Positions 1 to 10,783 of a stretch of 64,000 nt of DNA are shown piece after piece. The notes beneath the pieces are model-generated. The model worked only from the letters and a program-made list of their open reading frames with translations. It ran no database searches and was not told the origin of the DNA. Location: the NCBI GenBank assembly GCA_964106645.2, contig OZ067039.1; one strand, given 5' to 3'. Origin of the DNA: Podarcis pityusensis. Lineage: Eukaryota. The translations under genes were made by a program, and so were the position numbers. How positions within the stretch are numbered: position 1 is the first letter of the stretch; each line of letters opens with the position of its first letter.

Positions 1-637
1 TTAGGCATTGGGCGAAATGATATCTTGACTTCTGCCCGTCTACAGGGAGTCTCATTAGGGTAAACCACCGGTAGGGGGGAGCCCTATGATATACATCAAT
101 TAAGAGCACCCCCAGGGTCACCGATGGAGTCGTGCCATGGCCCTAGCCTACACCCAGGCTCCGGACAGGATCCAGATCTGCAGTATGGCACAGAGCAATT
201 ATACTTATTATGTTGTTTATCTACTCAGCCACAGCCATTGCCTAGAGAGATTGGCTTGATGAGCTTGCTGTCATACCTCCTACCCCCCCCCCCCCACAGA
301 TAGAGGAAGGAAAAAATTGGAAGGGACTTGGGGCATCATGCGGACTGTCCCCCGTCCCCCAACAAAATTCATACAACAATAATACTGTGGCTAGGGATAT
401 ACAAACTATAATTATGCATATGTTTCTGCCTAGCCCCCCCCCCCCGATATGTGTTATCTGCAGAAGCAGGTGTAATTTTGTAAGGCAGCATTTTCTGGGC
501 TGTGACGAGTTTGCACATTAAGTTCAGAGATTCTCGCTTCCTCATGGACTGTTTTCTGCTTTCCTACTTGAGATTGGAATTCATTCCTTGGTGTGCAGTG
601 CTTTTGAAACACTTTCTGTGGTGTCTTTGATCCGTAG

Positions 638-761
638 GATTTCTCCACAGAGAAAGAGCAGCCATCAGAATCCTGAAGAGGCCAGTCAGGGTGATGATAG
701 AGATGTTCAAGAGGAAAGGGCAAGAGTTCAGAGTGCACTGGCCTCTGCAAATCAGGAAGAG
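638..761 (+). CDS. ABCA6-like exon (ISPQRK...ANQEE)
   Basis: tag/G ATT TCT CCA ... GAA GAG/gtaaag; 124 nt. Confidence 0.88.
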
Positions 762-3700
762 GTAAAGCAGAATTATTGTGATTTCCTTGTTTTAGAAAGG
801 CTTTTATAGCTTGCTCTGCTGTTCATTGCAGTGATTTGCTTGTGTAATGTAACTCGATGCCTGCTCCTGCTTACAGTCACCTTGGAAAACAAGCTTTTAT
901 GGCTTAAACACCTAACATTTTTGGCACTCCACGGGTACTTCTTATAAAAGCTGGAAAAAGTGGAGGAAGAGATGCTAAGAGAAAAGGATTGAGGCCTCCT
1001 AGATAAACAGAGCTCTATGTAGGGATGAGATATTAGTGTCCGGAAGAAGAGTGTCAGTACCTTAAGTGCTGGAAAACTAAGTACTGCAGATACCCTGTTT
1101 TTCAAAAGCCAAGCCATGCACCCCCATACTTTTGAAAACGTTGATATCTCTACAGTAGCTTTTGTTATGAGAATGGTTATGCAGACCACTGATTGCGAGC
1201 CACTGTCTTGGCTTATTAATATTAACATATTACTGTTAAGGTGACTTACTTAACCTAACAATAATTTGAAGCATCGTCTTTTCTTCCATCATCTTTACCT
1301 GGTTTCTTAATATGCCACAGTTCTGACAGTTGTTTGCACAGGTGTGTGGTTGGGATACTGGCACAGTTAGCACTATCTGATGATGTATACTTGAGGCATT
1401 TAGCTTTGGAGTGGGACCACAGTTCACTGATAGAGCTCATGCTTGCATAGAGGAAGGCTTCAGAGTCAGGTAAAGGGCATGGAAATCCTCTGTCTGATAT
1501 CTTGGGGTACTGCCACCAGCCAGAGAGTAAATAGACAAATAGCCTGGCTTGTTATAAGTCAACTTCTTCCTATGTTTCTGTCTGAAGCAGAATGTCTTCC
1601 ATGGCTCTTGCTTTGACCCACTTAAACCAAAGGTATAGCTATGTATGTATATGTGCTGTAAGCAAGCTTCTCTCTTCTGCTCCTATTTAGAGACCAGTTA
1701 TCCTAGTCAGCAACTTGCGCAAAGAATACAGAAGTGAGAAGGCTTGTTCCTGTGGCAAGAAAAGCAAGACGCTGGGGAAAGTGGCCACCAAAAGTGTCTC
1801 CTTCTGTGTTAAAAAAGGTTTGCTGGCAATGGAAAATTACTGTTACAGCTTGACCAAGGAAAAGCATAACTTTTACTTTGTAGTCATTTTGGGGGATGCT
1901 TGACATTTGAATATATTGTAAGTGACTCAAATAGGAAGGAAAGGAATCAGTATAGGGGCAGACCAATCCTAAACCCCAGATCTGCTGGCTGCTTGGTGGG
2001 TTGGGTTCTGATGTGGTGCAGGTGTCCCTTTGGTGGCATGGGGCCACAGCTGCTGCTGAAAGTTTCGTTGCCATTGATCTACTAGTTGCAGCATTTTTCC
2101 TGGCAGTAGCCCCGGAAAGGCGGTGTTTCTGGGGAAAGCCAGAAGCAGAGCCAGACTTGAATCTACTGAACCCAAAAGACCCTCTTCTTCCTAGATGGGA
2201 CCCAGGATCGGGCTTGTTACCAATGGCAGCTTGGAGATGGGTTGGGTAATTTCATCACTACAGTGGTACCTTGGGTTACAGATGCTTCAGGTTACAGACT
2301 CCGCTAACCCAGAAATAGTACCTCGGGTTAAGAACTTTGCTTCAGGATGAGAACAGAAATTGTGCTCTGGCAGCGCAGCAGCCGCAGGAGGCCCCATTAG
2401 CTAAAGTGGTGCTTCAGGTTAAGAACAGTTTCAGGTTAAGAACAGACCTCCGGAACGAATTAAGTAATTAACCTGAGGTACCACTGTATTGGTTTCAGTG
2501 GAAGGTACTCCCAGACCGGCTGATGCAAGCCGGCAGGGCTTTGGAAATAGTGGGGTGATTTGCCACTTTTCTCTCCATTGTACCCAGGAAAATTTTCTTC
2601 GCTGTTGCAGAAAGTTAAAACTAAGCAGAGCTTATAGAAGAAGAGCATTTGTTGCTCCCAGGGAATCAGGCTGTTTAAAATTACTTAAGTTATTTTAAGT
2701 TTTGTGTAAGTTTTTTTACTATATCAAAAATCAACATTAAAAAACACATTTCTCTAGAGTCTAAAATAATTATAGGGAACCTAAATTGCTTAGATAGTGA
2801 TGTGTTGTACTATGCATGTTTACTCAGATGCAAGTCCTGAAAGTTTAAAGTTGCAGCCTTAGTCTAATGATCATATCCAATTGTAAGACTTTGAGTAGTA
2901 CCTGGGAAGATGATTTGAGTAGTACCTGGGAAGATGACTGAGGCAACTGAGAGTGCAATATTTCTTATGAATATAGCTATCTGAGACCATATAACACCGG
3001 TCCTGAAAGACCTTCATTGCCTCCCAGTACATTTCCGAGCACAATTCAAAGTGTTGGTGCTGACCTTTAAAGCCCTAAATGGCCTCGACCCAGGATACCC
3101 GAAGGAGCGTCTCCACCCACATCATTCAGTCTGGACACTGAGGTGGTCCTCCAAGAGTCTTTTGCTGATTCCTTCACTGTGAGAAGTGAAGTTACAGGGA
3201 ACCAGGCAGAGGGCCTTCTGAGTAGTGGTACCCTCACTGTGGAAGGCCCTGCCTACAGATGTCAAGGAGATAGAAGACATCTGAAGGCAGCCCTGTTTAG
3301 GGAATTTTTTAATGTTCAATGTATTTATCGTGTATTTAATATTCTATTAGGAGCCGCCCAGAGTGGCTGGGGAAACTCAGCCAGATAGGCAGGGTATAAA
3401 TAATAAATTCTTTTATTTTATTATTTTATTTTATTTGCTGGGATAATGTGTAGTATCCTTACCAAAGTGTGAGTATGTGTGTTGTTCTAGGAGAAATTTT
3501 GGGGCTACTTGGACCCAATGGAGCTGGTAAAAGTACAACAATGAATATGATAACAGGAGACACAGATCCAACAGCTGGACAGGTAGGTGTGAGCACTAAA
3601 ATGTACTCTTCTTTTTCATGAACAGGTGCACCATCACTGCAAAAGTCAACTTCAATGCATTACAAAGTGTAGTATGGCAATGGCATCAATAGCAGATTCC

Positions 3701-6700
3701 CGTCTAGGACTAGGAACAGGGAGGGATTTTTGCATAGGAGGTAGAAGATTGAGGGCTGGCCTTTAATTTCCTAGATAGGACTTTTATATTTCAAAAGATG
3801 ACTCATCATCATCATCCTTTTTATTCGACCGTCAGTCAGAAAAAAGTACATTTTGTCAATACACAGTTAAAACCATCCAGGAAGATTTTAAAACTTAGCC
3901 AACACTAAAATGGGCTAAACAGATAGCCCCATAAAAAGATGACTCATGTTGGACAAATTTAAATGGGGCCACAATATTTTGGACAGGTCCTGATGAAAGG
4001 AGCTGATGCAGCTGCAACGGAAGAAAATGCTGTCGGTTTTCTTGGCTACTGTCCCCAAGAGGATGCCCTCTGGCCCAGCCTGACCATGAAAGAACATCTG
4101 GAGATTAATGCAGCTGTGAAAGGGATGCAGAAAGACTCAGCTGGTGTTGCTATCAGTCGGTAAGGGCAGCAAAAGATCCTGTTTTCATGGTACACTTCCT
4201 ATCTCTTAGTTTTTGGGCTACTGAGTGCAAAGCCCCACATTCTATACTTGACAGAATCGTTGGACTTTGAAAGCTAGTTGTTTTTAGCATTGACGTTTCT
4301 CCTTGGGAGGTGGGCAGTTAGCATTAAGTTCTTACACTGGCAAATAGCACATGTGGTTTATCTCCATCCAGTATCATAACAGCATCCCTGAGATTCACTT
4401 GCAACCTCCCCTGTAATTCTTATGCAAAAGAGATCCATTCTAGAATACTCCAGATGTCGTTTCGTTTCTTCTGCCCTTTCTTTCAGAATAGTTCAAGCTC
4501 TAGAACTCCAGGACTATTTGAAAACGGCAGCTAAGGCATTACCTGCTGGACTGAGAAGGAAAGTAAGTTCTGTGTTTTGTTAGTTTCTTGAACCGGTTGC
4601 CAAATATTTAATGTTGGCTAATGGATAGAGACCAAGCGGCATCACAAGGTACTTGGGTTTGTTGCTCAGTCAGCGCTAGTTCTTTGCCACTGCACTGCCT
4701 ATTTTCCTCCTTGCCCACACAGAACAATGTAGTCCATGGTGCAGATTGCTGCCTCGATAATTTAAACAACATATCCACACCTTAGTTCTTAACAGACCTT
4801 CTGCTCTAAATATGTTGCAGTCTTACCAGGGTGTGTCCATTCAAAACTTTGGGACTGAAAATTATCGTTGGAAGTCCTAATTGCCTTGCTTGCCCACCAA
4901 CCTCAGTTTCTTCAAGGAAAAAGGGTTCCGAGATGAAATGCATTATCAAAATCTCTTATTGGCTTATTTGCCTGTCCGAGCATTCGGCATGTTTTAGTTT
5001 GGTCTCGCTAGGGACGTTGGAGAATTCTGACAAAAGCGGTAATGAGAGCAGAAATTGCCAATGCTTGTTTATCCATCCTGTTTCCGAAATGGAAATGAAC
5101 CCAGCATGTACCACTTTGTTTTGCATTTACTGTTGTTGTTTCAGTCCACAAACAATACATAATTCATTATTCTTTCCCCCGTTGCTTCCTTTGCACTGAA
5201 ACGAATAATTTTGCCACAGTGGACTGTGAGACAGATAATGCAGTTTGGGCAGAAGAGAAACTACAGCACAATAGAATCAGTGTTTGGAAGAGAAAACAAC
5301 GCCTTCTTACAATCACTAGTTCTCACTCACATATTGATAATTTTCTGGGTTTCTGCACCTGGGCAACTGTCACCACAGACTCATCTGTCGTCCAGAACCC
5401 TCTGCAAATATTATTAGTTGTATTTGTACTTACTCCCCCCCCCAAAAAAATTATATCCTATCAAATGTTTGAAGCAACTTTAAATGGTTATTATTGTTTC
5501 CTTCATTTTAGTTATGCTTTGCCCTGAGCATGCTGAGTAATCCTGCAGTGATGCTATTAGATGAACCAACAGCAGGAATGGATCCTAAAGGAAAGCGCCA
5601 AGTGTGGTGAGTGACTCATACACTTAATATCTCAAACCAGGTTTGTGAATTTGCAATACATAATAGCATATCACTCAAAACAAAATGTATACTTATATTG
5701 ATGTACTTGCATTTAGGAATCCGAGTAAATATTGTGAATTTGTTCAGTGTTTTTTTGAAATACAGTGGTACCTCAGGTTACATATGCTTCAGGTTACATA
5801 TGCTTCAGGTTACAGACTCCGCTAACCCAGAAATAGTACCTCAGGTTAAGAACTTTGCTTCAGGATGAGAACAGAAATCGTGCTCTGGTGGCGCGGTGGC
5901 AGCAGGAGGCCCCATTATCTAAAGTGGTGATTCAGGTTAAGAACAGTTTCAGGTTAAGTGTGGACCTCTGGAACGAATTAAGTACTTAACCCGAGGTACC
6001 ACTGTACCAGACAATAATGTCTGCTAGGAACAGGCCGTTTACGGCTCCTTCAACCATACCCCACCCTAGTAAATCTTATGTTGACTGCAGGAAAGCAATC
6101 CTCACTGCGCTGAAGGACAAAGACCAAGGAGCCATTTTGACAACTCACCACATGGAAGAAGCTGAGGCAGTGTGTGACAGAGTAGCCATCATGGTGACTG
6201 GACAGCTCAGGTGAGCTTCAACTTGCATTTTGTTTTCCAGCATATTAGGATACCATAAACAGCTGATGTGTTGATGGGGCGAAATATTCTTCTTATTCTT
6301 TTTCCACCTTCTCATAAGAAGCTTGCTGTATACTTAAGTTTTTACCTCTATCTTCAGTACACAATATTTTATTTTATTGCTATGGCTAGTGGCTGATGCA
6401 AATAAAGATTCTTCTGATTCTGAAGCGCACCATGTTCAACTTATAAATTGTTACATTTTTGACAATAACTGTCTAAAGTGTGTTTTTAAAACAAATTTTA
6501 TTAGAGTTTATAAAGAAAAATGCAAAACTTAATATCAAATATCTTTTTTATCAGCATTGATCAAAATAAGATAAAAACATAGCAAGCAAGAAAGAAAGAC
6601 GAAAAGATAAAGTTCAGAAACTAAAGAATTTCCCATTCTTCATCTGTCCGCTATATATAAACAATAATAACTTCATCCACTCCAATATAACCCTCAACAA

Positions 6701-7833
6701 AACCATTTTCTATAACAAAACATTATCTTCAATAACCAAATCCAAATGTCACAAATGCTGATTCCTTCCTTCTGCAGGTGTCTTGGTTCTATTCAGTATC
6801 TGAAAAGCAAATTTGGCAAAAATTATTTGCTCCAAATAAAAGTTAAGGGCGTGGACCACGGAGAGCTTCTGAATACTCATATTCTACAGATCTTCCCACA
6901 TGCAGCTCGTCAAGAAAGGTAACTGATGCTTTTCCTGCAGCTTGACACACAATTTCCTGAATTATTTTGGTTACTATAGTTTATGTTCAGAGGGACACAG
7001 GTGGCGCTGTGGGTTAAACCACAAAGCCTAGGACTTGCCGATCAGAAGGTCGGCAGTTTGAATCCCCGCGACGGGGTGAGCTCCTGTTGCTCGGTCCCTG
7101 CTCATGCCAACCCAGCAGTTTGAAAGCACGTCAAAGTGCAAGTAGATAAATAGGTATCGCTCCAGCAGGAAGGTAAACGGCATTTCCGTGCGCTGCTCTG
7201 GTTCACCAGTCATGCTGGCCACATGACCCGGAAGCTGTACGCCGGCTCCCTCGGCCAATAAAGCGAGATGAGTGCTGCAACCCCAGAGTTGGTCACGACT
7301 GGACCTAATGGTCAGGGGTCCCTTTACCTTTATAGTTTATGTTCTTGTATACCCTCTTACTTACCCTCCTTGAGCTTTTGGTAATGGGCCAGATGAACAT
7401 GATGGGGACAGAATGCCCTTCTGCTTCTTCCTGTCCCCCAGCCTTCTAGGCCCCAGTGATGAACCAGCACGTGGACCTGCCACATACTGAGCAGGTGTTA
7501 TTTCTGGAGACGGCCCCACACTCCCCATTTCAGGTGGCTTCTGTTTCGATCCATAGGTGGATGAGGAAACTCACGTGTGCCTCCCTTTTGAAACCAACAG
7601 CAGAGGCGGTTTTAGGGTGGCGTGCAACCATTGTGATTGCACTGTGCACTGCCCCAGGAAGCACCAGAAGGCTGTAGAATAGAGTGAGAGAGGTGGGGGT
7701 GTGCCGAATTTTAGTGCTGCACAGGGTGCTGTTGAAATTTGAGAGTCCAAAGCACGCTGCTGCCAACAGCCAAGGCTGTACACAAGGAGACCCTTTAAAA
7801 ATCTAGTCTTGTTGCTCAGCAGGAAAAGTTTCT

Positions 7834-7870
<37 letters not shown>

Positions 7871-8547
7871 ACATGTGTGTGCGCATGCTAGATTCAACTC
7901 CCCCCATTCCCCCATACTGGACTTTGGTTTTTTTAACCAGGGCTGTGTACACGCAGACTGCTTGCACTGCACTTACTCCATTTGGATCAAAGCCATTCTG
8001 GTGACTGAGTTGATTTCCCTCCCCTTAGGATATCCACTTTGTTGGCCTACAAGATCCCAATGGAAGACGCACTGCCTCTATCAAAGGCCTTCTCCATGTT
8101 AGAGGAAGGTACGTACAGACAGACTGTGCAGTTGTTTGTGGAAGATATTTTAATGCCCACCTGATTTAGGTATTGCCCCCTTTCCTTCCCTCTATGCACA
8201 GTGGAGAGGATCCCTCCTTCCGACTCACTAGGTAGGCCTTTCCTACCTCTAGAAAGATGTGTAACACCCAGCACATTGAGGGAATGTAGAGGCATATTGT
8301 ATCTCAGAGTTTCCCTCGCTGTGATAAGCCAAGTTACAGGGAACCAAGCAGAGGGCCTTCTCAGTAGTGGCACCCACCCTCCCACCAGATGTCAAAGAGA
8401 ACAACAACTACCAGACTTTTAGAAGACATCTGAAGGCAGCCCTGTTTAGGGAAGCTTTTAATGTTTGATGGACTATTGTATTTTAATATTCTGTTGGAAG
8501 CCACCCAGAGTGGCTGGGGAAACCCAGCCAGATGGGCGGGGTATAAA

Positions 8548-8578
<31 letters not shown>

Positions 8579-10261
8579 TTTATTTTCTACATGTTTGTGT
8601 GCTCTTGCTTCAAATGCTGCATCCTCAGACATCTGGGGTGTTGAAGAGACGGAAGTGCATCTTGCATGAATGAAGGTGCAAGGTGCATCATGGGAACATA
8701 GAAAGCTGCCTTATGCACAGTCAGACCATCGGGTCCATCTATCATAGCATTGTCTTTGCTGACTGGCAAAGGTTCTCCAGTAACCCAGAAAGAACCTTCT
8801 ACATAAAAAGCAGATGCTCTGCCACTGAAATTCAGTCATTCCCATGAAAAGAACCTATCAAGCTGATTTGGGTCAACCAAACATAATTGGCTTTTTATCC
8901 ACACAGCTAAACGAAGCTTCGGCTTTGAGGAGTACAGCTTTTCTTTGAACACCTTGGAGCAGGTAATGTGATTTTCAAATATAATTGCATGGTGGGATTT
9001 GTAGCGCTGCATTCACCACAATTTGGCTTCCTCGTGGGCTTCCTCTGCTGGATTGGAAAAGTAGTGCCAAGCATAGCTGCCAACCTTCCCTTTCTTTGCG
9101 GGAAATTCCCTTATTCCAGCGCCGTTTCCCGCTGCTATCCCAGATTGTTAGATATCCTGTAGACTGTCCCCGGGACAGGTGAGGCTGCTGATCCCTTATT
9201 TTCAAATCTGAAAGTTGACAGCTATGGTGCCAAGAGAGCTTAGCAAGTGCCTCCCCAGCCAGTGCTGGATCTCTGCATGCAGAACTAAAGATTATCTATC
9301 CAATTGGGAATTTTCTGCAAAATCACTTTTAGGGATCTGGTGAAGTTCTCCTGAGCCTGGCTCTGAAAAGAACTGGGGCAAGGCAAAGGGTCACCCTTAA
9401 AACCTCAGCAGAGGAGATTTTTCTGCCCACTCAGCTTAAAATATTGCTAGCTTCCCTGGCCTCTCAGATTGCCCCTACTGGAGTCAGTGGAATGGCATTG
9501 CTCTGACATACTAAACAGGGGGAAATGGAGATTCTTCCTGGGAAGAACTGGGAGGTGGGTAGGAGCCTGCAATGCACCCACAGGTGAATGCCTTGGTTTC
9601 TTCTGCTTTATATATTGTGTAGCTATGTGATTCCATTGTAAACAAAAAGGGGAGAAACCAGCCCATGGAGCGAGTTAGCTGTTTCTTGCAGGTCCTGAAT
9701 AAGGGTGTTTTTTTTTTACCCTTGATTTTCTCCCTGTAGCATCTTTTCCTTATCATGATCATTAGTTTGTGTACAGACAGTAGAAAGATTTCCCCACTTC
9801 CTTGGAGATGCATGGAGTGTTTTTGTTGTTGTATTTTGAGTTCTTGGATTAGCTAAAAAAATATGGAGTTCATCAGGGTGGGTTTTTTAAAGAAAATGTT
9901 CAGCTTACAATTTTTGAGCAGTTAGACACACATTCTGGATTTAGACTGCTATTAATTTGCCATATTGAAAGGAAATGGCAACTGACATGATGGAGTAGGG
10001 TCCCTCCTTTAAAAAAGACGACAGATTTAGGTCACATCTGTACATAATAGGATTGATTTAATTATCTTCATTTTCATCAGAATGATCCAAAGAAAAGGAA
10101 TGCGATATATTTCAAGCACTACTTAGCTGAAGAAACCCCCTTTTTTTTACTGTATTGTGCAGGTTTTCCTAGAACTTGTCAAAGAGCAGGAACGTGATTG
10201 TTTCGATCCGTCTCCGAGCACAGCCTTTGAATGGCAACAGCTGCAGCAGGCTGATGTTTAA
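638..10261 (+). CDS. ABCA6/8/9/10-like ABC transporter A-subfamily gene, 3' part (11 coding exons; NBD2 and C-terminus; 5' part outside window)
   Basis: Exons 638-761, 1691-1817, 3491-3582, 3987-4159, 4487-4562, 5512-5606, 6091-6210, 6778-6918, 8029-8108, 8907-8962, 10163-10261 are all AG..GT bounded and phase-compatible. They encode Walker [10 protein letters not shown]-loop GYCPQ, LPAGL signature, Walker B VMLLDEP, H-loop TTHHMEEAE and C-terminal [15 protein letters not shown]. Motifs [24 protein letters not shown] and [10 protein letters not shown] resemble the ABCA6-like group rather than ABCA5; exact orthology is not assignable. Confidence 0.9.
1691..1817 (+). CDS. ABCA6-like exon ([13 protein letters not shown]...SFCVKK)
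   Basis: tttag/AGA ... AAA G/gtttg; 127 nt. Confidence 0.9.
2261..2486. mobile_element. Tc1/mariner-pogo type MITE
   Basis: TA-CAGTGGTACC...GGTACCACTG-TA terminal inverted repeats with TA TSD. Confidence 0.88.
2890..2937. repeat. Perfect 24-bp tandem duplication TTTGAGTAGTACCTGGGAAGATGA x2
   Basis: 2890-2913 identical to 2914-2937. Confidence 0.95.
2980..3435 (+). mobile_element. L2 LINE 3' fragment
   Basis: Encodes an [27 protein letters not shown]-like ORF2 end; tail GGGTATAAATAATAAA plus (TTTTA)n. Confidence 0.8.
3491..3582 (+). CDS. ABCA6-like exon, NBD2 Walker A ([15 protein letters not shown])
   Basis: ctag/GA GAA ... CAG/gtaggt; 92 nt. Confidence 0.93.
3987..4159 (+). CDS. ABCA6-like exon, Q-loop ([14 protein letters not shown])
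   Basis: cag/GTC CTG ... AGT CG/gtaagg; 173 nt. Confidence 0.9.
4487..4562 (+). CDS. ABCA6-like exon, signature region ([10 protein letters not shown])
   Basis: ttcag/A ATA ... AAA/gtaagt; 76 nt. Confidence 0.92.
5512..5606 (+). CDS. ABCA6-like exon, Walker B (LCFALSML...[11 protein letters not shown])
   Basis: tttag/TTA ... GTG TG/gtgagt; 95 nt. Confidence 0.93.
5763..6004. mobile_element. Tc1/mariner-pogo type MITE (same family as 2261-2486)
   Basis: Same TIRs and TA TSD; one extra internal CAGGTTACATATGCTT unit. Confidence 0.88.
6091..6210 (+). CDS. ABCA6-like exon, H-loop ([16 protein letters not shown])
   Basis: gcag/G AAA ... CTC AG/gtgagc; 120 nt. Confidence 0.93.
6778..6918 (+). 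CDS. ABCA6-like exon ([14 protein letters not shown]...AARQER)
   Basis: gcag/G TGT ... GAA AG/gtaact; 141 nt. Confidence 0.92.
6989..7330 (+). mobile_element. Sauria SINE, near full length
   Basis: tRNA-like head GGGAC..GGTGGCGCTGTGGGTTAAACC, ACCTTT tail; 14-bp TSD TATAGTTTATGTTC at 6975-6988 and 7331-7344. Confidence 0.9.
7837..7867. repeat. (GT)n microsatellite
   Basis: Direct reading. Confidence 0.95.
8029..8108 (+). CDS. ABCA6-like exon ([13 protein letters not shown]...LEE)
   Basis: ttag/G ATA ... GAA G/gtacgt; 80 nt. Confidence 0.92.
8322..8585 (+). mobile_element. L2 LINE 3' fragment (same family as 2980-3435)
   Basis: Shared AAGTTACAGGGAACCA..GAAGACATCTGAAGGCAGCCCTGTTTAGGGAA..; (TTA)n tail. 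Confidence 0.8.
8907..8962 (+). CDS. ABCA6-like exon ([18 protein letters not shown])
   Basis: acag/CT AAA ... CAG/gtaatg; 56 nt. Confidence 0.92.
9072..9226. mobile_element. hAT non-autonomous element
   Basis: TIR CATAGCTGCCAAC / GTTGACAGCTATG; 8-bp TSD GTGCCAAG at 9064-9071 and 9227-9234. Confidence 0.88.
10163..10261 (+). CDS. ABCA6-like terminal coding exon ([32 protein letters not shown])
   Basis: gcag/GTT TTC ... GTT TAA; stop 10259-10261. Confidence 0.9.
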   Translation, partial: VFLELVKEQERDCFDPSPSTAFEWQQLQQADV

Positions 10262-10428
10262 GTTGTTCGCAACCTGGACATGAAACTGATGCTTACAGGA
10301 GTAAGTGCTGGTCCCTTGAAACAAGAAGGATATAAGAAGGATCTAGCAGCCCGTCTCTGAATAATGTTGTGTCTCCTTTGGCATGTGAGACTGGAGTCCA
10401 GTCTTTTGACGGGAGGACTTTACATATA

Positions 10429-10783
10429 CAGTGGTGCCTCGCAAGACGAAATTAATTCGTTCCGCGAGTTTTGTCATCTTGCGATTTTTTTCGTCTTGCG
10501 AAGCACGGTGTCGGGAAAGTTTTGGAAAAGTTTCAAAAATCACCAAAGTCTTTAAAAACCTCAAAAAAGGCTACCACACCGCGTTCTATGAGTTGCTCCT
10601 CGAAGTCAAGTCGCAACTGTATTAACGGTGTTAAGAAAAAGGAAACAAACTTGCAAGACGTTTCCGTCTTGCGAAGCAAGCCCATAGGGAAAATCGTCTT
10701 GCGAAGCAGCTCAAAAAACAAAAAACCCTTTCGTCTAGCGAGTTTTTTGTCTTGCGAGGCATTCGTCTTGCGAGATACCACTG
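10429..10783. mobile_element. Tigger/pogo-like MITE in the probable 3'UTR of the ABCA6-like gene
   Basis: TA-CAGTGGTGCCTCGCAAGACGAA ... TTCGTCTTGCGAGATACCACTG-TA; several internal CGTCTTGCGA subrepeats. Confidence 0.88.

Noticed and set aside
6480-6760. Possible additional L1 3'UTR remnant (also 39715-39890)
   Set aside because: A-rich and suggestive, but I could not establish a TSD or coding remnant.
638-10261. + strand gene as a pseudogene or a recent inverted copy of ABCA5
   Set aside because: All exons are open with canonical splice sites, the protein is well diverged from ABCA5, and the introns are unrelated.
10440-10775. Regularly recurring CGTCTTGCGA motifs as a CRISPR-like array
   Set aside because: They are internal subrepeats of a TA-flanked MITE, irregularly spaced, in a vertebrate genome with no cas genes.
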